The position numbers were made by a program, and so were the translations under genes. The notes below the pieces were generated by a model, which saw only the letters and a list, made by a program, of their open reading frames with translations, was not told the origin of the DNA and made no database searches. Of a DNA stretch of 64,000 nt, positions 48,600 through 59,600 are shown in pieces. Origin of the DNA: Pocillopora damicornis (lineage: Eukaryota); NCBI RefSeq assembly GCF_003704095.1, contig NW_020847344.1, forward strand, positions 1 through 64,000, written 5' to 3'. Position 1 is the stretch's first letter; each line of letters starts with the position of its first letter.

Positions 48600-50277
48600 A
48601 TTATCTAGACCCCAGTCCTCCCGCACAGAACGGTTAAACATTATGCGAGCAAATGATTTAAAAAGGAAAGTTAAGAAAAAGGAAAGTACAATGGCTGCTA
48701 CCAAAATAACAAAAAAGGGCCTAAATGTTCCCATGTTGAGGAATATACATGCATCGTGCGTCATCACCGAGATAAGGTAAATGCATTCCTAGAGCCAATT
48801 TTTGTCTTTCAGTATTTCAAATTCAAAGTAACATTTATCAACACTAACTGGCCACATTAATACCCACATTATCACCATACAGTCATCAAGGAAACCAATC
48901 TTTAGAGTATCCATTTACCTTTTAGTGGCGAGTTTTTTTTCGATGATTCAGTTCTGAATTTGTTCTCGAAGTTATAGCTTGCAAAGCGCGTAAAAGGCAC
49001 GGAGTGCATAATATCAAATACACGTAAGAACTCACTGTTTGACGGCCAATTATTTTTCTCTTTTCGCTAGGGTTTAAAATGAAAGTGTCATAAACTTGAC
49101 AAATGGATCGGTTTAATGATAAAGTGTTTTTTAAGCAAGGGATCGTACATGACTTTACTGCTGGTTCTTCAGTGTAATGTCCGTATTATTATCACCACTA
49201 AACTAATGGACGTATAAAGGAAAAACAATTATAACAACATGGACAATGAACAATACAATGTTGACTTAAAGTTTGAATAATTATTCTTGAATAAAACGAT
49301 GAAAGACACATCTGTGTGTACATTATGGTCACAGCCAATAGTTTTTCGCAAATGCGAAATGTGTAACAGGTACATTAATTAAAAAAAGAACTTGTAATTC
49401 TTGTAAGCAATTGATTTTAAATTGTACAAACGCTTCCAAAAAGATTGTTCTCATTTATATGAGGATTAATGACAAACTCTACTTTAAACTAAAATTATTA
49501 AAAATCAAACCCTGAAAGTTTTAGCACAACCCAGGTGTGGCCAGATGGGGATAAATTTTTTACAAAACTTCCAACAGCTTTTTTAATCAAGCAGTTTTAA
49601 TAAAAATCAAGTAACCCTGGATGAAAAGCTGCTCACGCGAAAAAAAAAAAAGCTGCTCACGCGAAAGTTGGTCGTAAGGAGCCGACAATACTTCTGATGT
49701 AGGTTTTTATCATATGCTGTTTTTTTGGTTTTTTGTTCTTTATGCTGTTCATTGTATTTAGTTTTCAACAGGGCCGTTATACAAACCACGTCAGGGTGGC
49801 ACACACCTTGTATAAACTCTTTCTCAAAACATCAAGCTTCGATGGTGCAATTAAATGCAGTTAAGATTTTCACATTCTAAAATAGGATGTGTACATTCAC
49901 TAAAATCAAATTAGAAACGGCGACGCAGGTACTACAGGAAAGATAAACAAAGTTTCTTTCTCAAGATCAGTCGTGTGACTAGATGACCTCTCTCATCACT
50001 GTAAATGCTCTCTCCTAAAAAAGCATAGCCTTTCTTGCTATTAATTTCAGTTATTTTTTTTGTATTTACAAATTTAAAGAAAATGAGTTTTCCACCGTCC
50101 ATCAGGCGCCCAAAGTTGCGCTGTTGCATCCTTGCACCAAGCGCGTGCTGCGCAGGATAGTAATGACGTCTTCTTAGTTAAGCCGTGGATTGAACAGCAT
50201 TCACATTAATCTATCACATTTTAGTTATTGATCTCTATGCGTATCATAGATTTAGTCCTGCTCTTCAGTTGCTTTTG

Positions 50278-53200
50278 CTAAAATTCGTCTCTAATAGCCT
50301 CTTCATGTGGGGCCACGTGTGACTGAACTTGTCTCAGAAATTTTAGGAACGTCGGTAGCTTGGCAACGATCTGCTCCGGTTCCCAGTCTCCTTCATCAAA
50401 AGCGTCATCCCATTCCTTACAATGCAGATGAATGTCCGTCTTTTTCATAAGAAATCGAAACAAAATTAAACAATAAGAAAAAAAACTAAAACCCGTAAGA
50501 CTTCTTTTGACTCAAAACAGATGACCAAAGAAATTAAAATGTAGGATAGTCAATCGCTAACGAAACAACTCACTTGACAGCTAACTGGTTTCAAAGCCGA
50601 CATTTAAGCTTAAGCCTTTCGTCAGGGCTAACGCTCGAAACGTCAGCTTTGAAACTCTTAACGGTGGACAATCAACATTATAAGCTTAGTTGATGATGAT
50701 ACCAAATTGACTGTCTGAATGACTGACTGACTGACTGAAAAACTGGCCGACTTGCTGAATGTTTTGCTGGCGGACTGGCTGGCGGAATGGTTGGCGGACT
50801 GGCAAGCGGACTGGCTTGCTGACTGAGTGATAAGGCTGACTAATTGACTAACTGACAAGCTGCCTGACTTATTGGCTGGCAGACCGTGATTATCTGAGTA
50901 GCTGATTAATAGACTGACTAACTGACCGACTGGCCAACCTTCGAATTAGCTGACCAGCGGACTGGCTGATGGGTTAACTGGAACAGCTACTGTTTCACAT
51001 CGTAGCGATACGTACCTTTACTTCTGTTTCGTCGAAGCTCCATACATCACTGTGATCAATATTTACGTCTTTAGCTTGGTCTTTACAAACAGTCAAAGAA
51101 AACTGTTCTCCATCCGTTGTTTTGCACTGGTATGTTCTTCTCAGACTGCGACGGTGGTAGAAAAGTTCAAATCCACCTGGAAGCTCGGAGCTTGGTGGTA
51201 ACTTCAGTTGCCCTTGATCAATCTTCATGTTAATCAAGTAACTTTCAAGAATTCTGTCTTCTTCTTCAGCTTCTGGTGTTTGCGGAATATTTGGACCTAA
51301 ACAAAAATACAAAGACACAGTTTTAACTGAGACAATGTGAGGTTTATTTATCATTATGCGACAATGTTAGACAGAAGCCTATACTTAGTTCTTCCCGTTA
51401 TTTTTTGACAATGTTACTCTCCGTGAAAACTAGTCCCTTACAGAGTCGAGCGTTTTTTCATGGAGTCAAAAACGCTACTCAGTGCTGTAAGCTGCTTTCA
51501 TCAATTATTTTTCGGTCGGTGAAACTAATGGCAAATATCATCCAATATTTCGCTCTTTTTGCTTTTATTCTTCCCTATTTAATGTCATTTGCGGTAAGTT
51601 TTCCATTCGCAATTAAAAAACTCATGAAATTAAAAGTTAATGCCGCTGAGAGCTGTGAGAAGCTGTTTATTACGTCTTTTTTGTCATACTTCACAGACTC
51701 ACATGTTCTAATCGACAAACGGCAGTCAAATCCCTTGGAAGGTATCATGATGTCTGCTCTCATTCTTTGTTGAAACTGAGAGCACATATGAAAGCATGGT
51801 TCGTTCGATGTACTTCCGCTCTGGTCTTCGGATGACACACGAGTCAAGACGTTTTTGACAGGAATAGGAGCACTGCGAGAGAACATAAGCGAAGGAGCTG
51901 TAGCACCCTCGTCCTCAGAATGTTCCTCCACCAGCCATGCCTGGAATAAAGAGAGAAGAAACAAAATTTGGTGAATTGAAAACTAATCCAATCAGTCTTT
52001 ATTTAGGGAAGTACACAGGCTTCTCTAAAACAAGTGACAGTTTTTCGGTGTCTCAGTTCCTCAGCTACGGGAGACTTATTCCTTTAATTAAGAGGCTAGA
52101 ATATAACTTAAGAGATTTTAACAACATATATTTCACGTCCCTAAAAANNNNNNNNNNNNNNNNNNNNNNNNNNNNNNNNNNNNNNNNNNNNNNNNNNNNN
52201 NNNNNNNNNNNNNNNNNNNNNNNNNNNNNNNNNNNNNNNNNNNNNNNTAATGATGAATAGAATCCTACGATATAAATGGACGTTCTTTTCTACTCTATTT
52301 ACAAATTTAAAATACCTTAACACGAATATCTCGGCAAGAAGGAGTGTAGAATGTGAAGTCATATCTGATATCTTCAGTTGCTGAGAAAGATTCAAGGCCC
52401 CTCTCAATTGCCTCAACTTCTATTCTCAAGACGCCTTCCTTGAAGATCGGCTTCCAACTCTTACCATCCGTAGATTCAACTCTTTCTTTGATCTCCTTCA
52501 GAGTAAAAGTGTCTTTCTCTTCATCTGCAGCAACAGAAAAACAAAAGAAATAAAATCCTAGTTTAACACCTCCACATTCAACTTTAACGTGAATAACAGA
52601 ACCAGGCGTTTTCGTTAATTTTCGAATACGATTGATGATACTTCCTAAAAAATTTTTCGTTCAACTGATACGCTTCTTGTTCCTCTACAGTGTCTCCCCT
52701 CCCCCTCTTTCCCCATTTCTCACCTTCATCAATCTTGGTTATATAGGCGTGGCCGAAATGACTCCACATGTCTATCTTAACCATACCCTCTTCCTCCTTC
52801 TCTTTGTGAATTTGCCATAAAACTCTGCGGATCTTTTCTTTCAGACTTTCCGTGTCAGCAAAATCATCTGTTTCCTGTTAAGAAACAAGATGATGGTGAA
52901 GTCTTTTGTAATAATTGTTGGTTGTTGCTTGTTTTATTGCTTGGGAGGTTCATTTTGTTTAGACTTTGTAGTCGATTCCCATCAGTTTAAAAGTCGTTGT
53001 ACGTTAAGACGTCATTGAAAAATCAAACTTTCCGAAGTTATAAGCATGCAATATGTCATTTTTCCAAATAAAAGAAACGAATTTAAATGGAAAGGGTGGA
53101 TCGACTTTCGGCGAGTAGGATCACAAAATTTCATCATAAGCCTGGTTTCTAGAAATGTTTTGACAAAGGCGAGACAAAATGTGATGAGAGCAAGTACGTA

Positions 53201-55522
53201 CAGAAATAGAGAATTTCTGTAGTTGACGTCTTGTTCTAGGGCTGTAGTTCTTTTTTATATTGGGGTTTAGAGCGAACACGTAGGAGGGCGAACTTACAAT
53301 ATGATAGGTCGAAACCTTCAGTTACCTACTTATAGTGTGAAATTAGTAACGTTTATATGTAGTAGATGGTGTAGTTTAAACTGTGTTGGTGAGATTGAAT
53401 GATTAATGTTCTAAGCAGTAACATTCACCATATGTCTGCATATATGGATCATATTCTTTATTTAAGGTTCGCTTGGGGTTAGACCGTCGTTTTTTAAACA
53501 AGATCAGCGAAAAATCGGGCAGACCTTTCCTAGAGGATGTTCCAGTAGCTTCAGTTTGAAGTAATTATTTCCAGAGCCAGTGACTTGATCTGATTGTAAC
53601 TTCTGCAACTCAAACTCGTGGTTTTCTTCCATCTGAGCTGTGTCCATGTAAACAAACCTTGCTGGAGGTTCAACGTTCTGTGAACGTTTCATAGCAAGAT
53701 TCTTAAATGAAAAGAAAACCGTTACTTGTCAATGGTGCATCACAACAGACTTACGTCCAATACCAACAAAGCCGTCAGGACACTGAATCCCTAATTTCCT
53801 AACAAGGGCCTTTTTGAGCTCGCTTTCGTTTTTGGAGATCCCAGAGGAAGGTGTGATGTCATGTCGCAAAGGCAACCCACGCTGAAATCCTCATTCGTTC
53901 TTCACCAAGACATTCAAATAGCACGAGAGGTGAGCATACCTTAAGTTTCAAGATAATTTGAAGTGGGGTTACCTTAATTACGAGGCCTAAAGATGTCTTT
54001 CATAAAGGGGTGGTTTCATTTGTAGTCTATTACAATTTATGTAAATTAGCCTTCATGGCCTTGACAACATGTGGAAAACATCGACAAAATTTTTTTCTCT
54101 AGGGGGAGTTTAAGAGTATGTTCTGACCCCTATTTTCACTTGCGCACAAAAGATTGATAATTATGCCTGTCACTATAAAAGAGGTCTTCTGGGTGCATTT
54201 GGATTCTGTGTCGTAAAACTGAAACTAACATAATCACAACAGCCAATCAGAAGAAAGAATGATGACACAGGGGGACCAATACACACTCACCACAATGGCC
54301 TTTATTTGTCGTATCGCTTTTTTTTCGTCCTCTCTTGATCCTTTGAAGTACAGGCCAGGGCTGCCCCTGAAGGCTTTTAGAGTTACGCCAGTCCTAGTTG
54401 AGATATTGTTCAACTTCTCATACCCTTTTCCGATGACGACGCCCATGAATTTGTCAGGTATGTCAACGTGGAGTTTCTTAAACCCGCCTTTTTCGCTGTC
54501 TTGAGCACCCTGCAGATCAAAACAAAGACATAACCGTATTTAGACTTAAAAAGAAATCTTAGGAGAGAATACACACAAACTTTGAAATTCTTGAGAATTC
54601 ATACATATAACATATGTAATCTGTGATATTTGAATGGTGGGTAGCTAATGAATACATACATACATACTTTATGAACGTGGTTGACACTTAGCTATATAAA
54701 GCTAGTTTACAGGTCAGTCACGAAAGAAAAGATGAATTACTAAACCTTGAAGCTATATAAAAGTGTAAAATGACGTAGTATTATGGAACTGCATAAAATT
54801 ATAGAACTATTAAACGTATGAAAACTAGGTTAAATGGCGAATAAGGTCAAGATCTATAAACCTACAACCATATTAAAGTGCTTAAAATAATATATTTAAG
54901 CAAATAAGGGAATGAAATTAAATATGAAATTGAGGGAAGTTCAAAGGCGGATCAAGAGAGTTAGCAGCAGGCTGAGGAAAACTTGCGGTAAGATGGCCAC
55001 CTCATTCCATACCAATATTACATTTATATCTAATCAAAACACCCACTTTCAAAGCAGTAAAAATCTAAATACCGTAAAAAGAGTGGCTCTATTAGAGTTT
55101 TACAGTCAAACCTCTCGACGTAGATATCGATATTTTCTGTGAGGGATTTACTACCCTCTTATTTCTTTGATTTAATTTTGCTTTTTAATATAGAAACAAA
55201 AGCATCCAGTGTACAGTATCTAGAACAGGCAGGCGATTTGATGGATCAATTGACACTGAGTTAGATACAGACACTCAGCTTCCTTTTCCCACTAATGAGC
55301 TCTTACCGTCACGATTTCCTTTATTATCTTTTCCGCATTTTGACATTGTTCTGCCGTGCCTCTCACGAGCGCTTGATTTTCTTTATTAATTGATAGCTGG
55401 ACTCCGGTTTGCTCTCTGATTTCTCTTATTCTTGATCCTTTCCTTCCTATGACAAGTCCAACTTTGTCTTTGGGGATTGGAATCACCCTTGTCACGACTG
55501 TGCGTCCTTGTGTATTCGACAT
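50278..55522 (-). CDS. KH-KH + putative TTM-like domain protein, paralog B, 8 coding exons, 550 aa
   Basis: Exons 55522-55307 (KH1, VGLVIGRKGSRIREIREQTGV), 54509-54291 (KH2), 53701-53525, 52874-52724, 52524-52316, 51940-51703, 51296-51016, 50439-50278. Continuous ORF with GT-AG introns. Confidence 0.88.
54650..54910 (-). mobile_element. Copy-specific insertion with a (CATA)n end, probable 5'-truncated LINE tail
   Basis: Absent from the paralogous intron at ~46465 and begins with atacatacatacatactttat. Confidence 0.4.
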
Positions 55523-56211
55523 CCTGACAGGAGAGATAAAAACCTGCTTCGAGGTTACTAGTATTATTATCGTAGGTGGGTCAAGAAGAAAATTTTTCCT
55601 TTTACCTTTGTCTTAAAAAATCTTGGTTGGTCAAATTTGCATAGCTTCATTCCCAGATAAACGCTATTAATTATTTCGGGTTTCACTTCCAGGTATTTCC
55701 TAAAATAGCTTTGCGTGACGCGACTAAATCGGGGAAGTTTGAGGTCACACTAAATTTTAATTTTTCGTCCACAAGCTCTGTTCTTGTCAAATGCGATATG
55801 CTACGCACGGTGGAAGCCATACTTCTTTCCAGTGAAATGTAAACGGTCATTTTGTCCCTACATCAATCAGTTCCCTTGTTCGCTGAGCATTTAAGATCGT
55901 ATCTTGGAATAGACGAAGCAACACGACATATACTTCAATACTTGCATGTCAAGTCTTTCGCCCTTTATATATGTCCATTTTCAGGCTATTCTACCCTTCA
56001 ATACCTAGTCCTATCATATAGAAATAGATGGTTCTGTACAATGACGCACTAAAACAGTGAAGTTAGGCTTAAGGATACGACTGAGTAAAGAATTTCACGC
56101 GGATTTGTACTCACCATACCTGTGTTTACAGTAGTAGGCAACTTCTGTTCCCCTCTCTACCCTGGTGATTAAAAAGTTGTGGTCGTTTTACAAAATGGCG
56201 GCAGTTTGGAT
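55523..56211. promoter_or_regulatory. Putative bidirectional promoter and 5'UTR exons shared by KH paralog B and ZNFX1
   Basis: Divergent genes. Minus-strand donor near 55605 and acceptor just before the ATG at 55522. GGAAGTGAAAC (Ets-IRF composite-like) at 55680-55690 on the minus strand. YY1-like AAAATGGCGG at 56192-56201, followed by a donor at 56212. Confidence 0.55.
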
Positions 56212-56665
56212 GTATGTGCTTGCACCATACACCTTGGTTTTTAACGACTTGGGGCCTTGGTTCAGTACGCTATGGCGATATTTTTCGAGAGAAACAACTG
56301 CGTTTTCCATGAAACCTCTACTGACTGATATTGGGTCTCGACCTTCTCAGAAAATGACCTCTGGTGTTCGTTGGATTCTTGGAAAGATCACATAGGGTAG
56401 TGACGTCATTTCATCCAAGGGAGAGAGGGACAGTAGACTGTGACATTAGCCATGTTTTGGCATTGGCAAAATGTGCTACTTACATTTCAGTCGCCAGGAA
56501 GAAGCTTAGCCTTTTATTTTCAGGAAATGACACTAATTTTTCATTCATAACGGCTATGAGAGACAACAAATATATTATGAATACTCTGGAAGTGACCCAC
56601 CCCATCCAGAAGTATTCTTGAACATGCATAATTTAAATCTTTTAGAATGAGGAGGATAATTTTCA

Positions 56666-59600
56666 ATGATGGCTACCGAAAAAGATGGAGATATTGATAG
56701 TTTATTGTGTAGAATATGTCCAGATATTGATGTTTTTGAACGCAAGAAGTTTAAGGATAAACTTGTGGAATATCTAACTCATGTGTCAGTACCAGCTGGC
56801 TGGGAAACTTGTGGATACAGACTGTCCAAGGAGCACCCCACATACAAATACCACAAAAGGCTGCTGGAAAATTTCATTGATAAGCAGAAATTAGAAGATG
56901 AAAAGCAGAAATCAGTGAGTTCAACAGTAACAAAAACAAAACCAGAAGTGTTTTTTGAACAACTCAAACAGTTTGTCAAGGTAGAAGAACAGAATGACAG
57001 TTTTTCTGAGTTTTGTGAGTCAAGAAGGTCAGCCCTACTAGATTTGTTTGAAAAAAATGTAAAGCTTTGTGGTGTTGTGATACGGAAATGTACATACAAT
57101 GCAGGCCATTGTAAGGTGTCTGTGCTAATAGAAGTACATCATAAAGCTCAAAATGGTCATTCAGCATTGATTGAACATCTCATTGATGTTGAAAACGAAT
57201 CTCTAAGAGGATATGATCTCAAAGTTGGGGACATTGTTGAAGTAACACAATGCCGGAGAAAGGAAGGAGTCGCAATGGAACCAGAAGTGATAAAGTAAGT
57301 ATAGTTCATATAAGTTATAAATTTCAGTCTTCCATGGTATCTTGTAACAACTTGTTAGAGATTGATCTCTGCACCTACAACAATATTACATTACTCTAAT
57401 CACATTTCAACCTAAAAGTATATGAAATGAATCACTGTGCAATAAGCAGGAAAGATCACTTCAAGAAGTGTCGTCAGTTTATCCAGGGAAGGGAAGGACA
57501 GTAGACTGTGACACTAGCCATGTTTTGGCTTTCTTCTCTTTGAGATAAAAAATCAGCAATTGCATTGGGGTGTAAATAAACAAGGAGTCTTCCATGTAAG
57601 TGTAACATTAACCCACAGGCTCACTAATTATCCTATAATTCCTCAGCATATGGATTGGAATAAGAATTGCCAGAAACTTTCTTTTTTTACTCTGCAAATG
57701 AGAACTAGATGGTTTTGACTTTCAAAATCATTATGGTTTTTATCAAGCACAGCTTTCAGATGCCATGTGTTAAAAGTGATGTGGAAAATGGTATATGTTA
57801 ATTAATTTCCACTTTTCAAACAATCTCTTTCCCGTCTTTTTTCCAGGTGTTACCATCGTGATCAGACTGAGATTGAGTCATTTTTGATTTTTTTGGTAGC
57901 AAGTGAAAGCTCAACTGCTGCATTGACTGAACTTGTAAGGTAGGTTTTATACCAGTTGCATGTAACTTAATTAACTGAATAGTCTTGTCATATTGGTTGG
58001 ATGTTGTGGCTTTTATTGCCAACTTTCCTTAGAACTTTTTGTTTTAACCAGAAGTGACTAACAAATAACTTTTCCCCATAATATCCATACATTATCCAGC
58101 TAATAATGTCATGATTACACATCTGATTGGCTGAAAACAAGTGCATTCTCTCATAATACAAGTGCAAAGTTGTAACATGTGTGCAAATTTACATCTGATT
58201 TGACTCTCTGCAATGTTTTGTCATGTACATTATTGACAAGTAACAAAATGATTTCTCATGCAATTTGGTGTAGTAAGCACAAGTTTGTAAATTTTTAGAA
58301 AGACTACAAATTGCACTTGCCCTATGGGTTTTGATATTAATTTTGTTGTCTTTGAAAAATTTAAAATTGCACTCAAAATCATGTTATTTACTTATAGAAA
58401 CAGGCCATGAGAATAGTCTCAAACTAACAATTAGATCTTGGGAGTTAACTGAAGAGTTAGGCAAGAATCACAAGTTCTTAATTTAAATTTGTTGAGGAAC
58501 TTTATAGCAATTTTCTGACATGACTTACTGATTTTGTGCTGTGCCATTTTTAGATGTACTGCATTATGGGAATACATCCTGGAACTTCCCAAAGAAGACT
58601 ATACAACACCAATGGCTATGCAAATTTTATCCATTGTAGACAAGATTTGCTCCAGTGCCCAGAAAAATATGTCACCCACAGTCACTCATCTTGTGAAAAA
58701 GTTTCAGGGGAGTGCTTTCTTCAAATCAGTCTTTCCAGATTTTGTCAATAAGATTGAAAATGGGAGGTAAGTAAAATGATTGAAAATTGTACTACTTTTT
58801 ATTCTTTTATTCATTTCAATCCAGGAGTGACCAAGCATGAACTTCTCCTAACAATTTCCATATACTATCATGAAGAAAGGTGATGAGAAGTAAAAAATGA
58901 TGAACTAGAGGGATGACAGCTGTTTGATTAATCACCAATTCAAAGAACTTAAAAATGATAAGTGATGAATTATAAACAATGTAGAAAATTATTATTTAGA
59001 TCTCAAGAGTGATAGGGTGATTATTAATTGTTACTAATTTATTAGCTTCTGGTGTTTTTTGGTGTTTTTTTTTTACATATGAAATTTTTTGGTGGTTGTT
59101 GCTGCCAGACATTTTGTTATATGTTAACATATTATTCTTGCCAGCTTATGCTGATGATGAGTTCTCAGCCTTCTCTGACAAAGAGCTGGTGGTGGGGTTA
59201 GGAAGGGGAGGGGAGGTGGTTGAGTTGGGTTGCTCCCTTTTTTTCTTGATCTTTGTTTAAAAATGTGATTTAATTTTACTTAATATAACTGACAGTGAAT
59301 TTAATTCAAGTATTGTATGTTTCCTTCACAATCAGTTGTCAATTGTCAAATTTCAGCTTGGTTCAGCGGATTCTGGAATGTGTAGTCACTGCCTCTCCAG
59401 CTGCTGGCCCACATGTTTTACGAATGGCTAAAGAGCTTGTGTATAAGTTAATAGACAACTCCAGTGACTTAGAGACAGCCAAAGAGAATGGACGAGCAGC
59501 TATAGATTACCTAACTAAGCTATCATCCATTATTGCCTTAGAGGTGCCTCAAGGCCGTGAAGAAGTTCAGGCTTTGCAATGGAAAGATCTTCCCTTGATA

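Larger units (their letters stand above)
39675..55358. repeat. Tandem segmental duplication: copy 1 ~39675-46900, copy 2 ~46900-55358
   Basis: Exons, introns and intergenic DNA align collinearly (39675-40380 with 46900-47605; 40635-41330 with 48470-49165; 41600-46900 with 50040-55358), with many substitutions and copy-specific insertions. Confidence 0.9.

Noticed and set aside
50658-50858. Ser/Gln/Ala-repeat ORF
   Set aside because: Translation of an intronic tetranucleotide simple repeat.
39675-55358. Duplication as a pure haplotype assembly artefact
   Set aside because: The copies differ by many substitutions and independent insertions, and the junction is gap-free and chimeric. Not fully excluded without reads.
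59145-59186. C/D-box-like ATGATGA...CTGA in a ZNFX1 intron
   Set aside because: The boxes are only ~14 nt apart, too short for a snoRNA.
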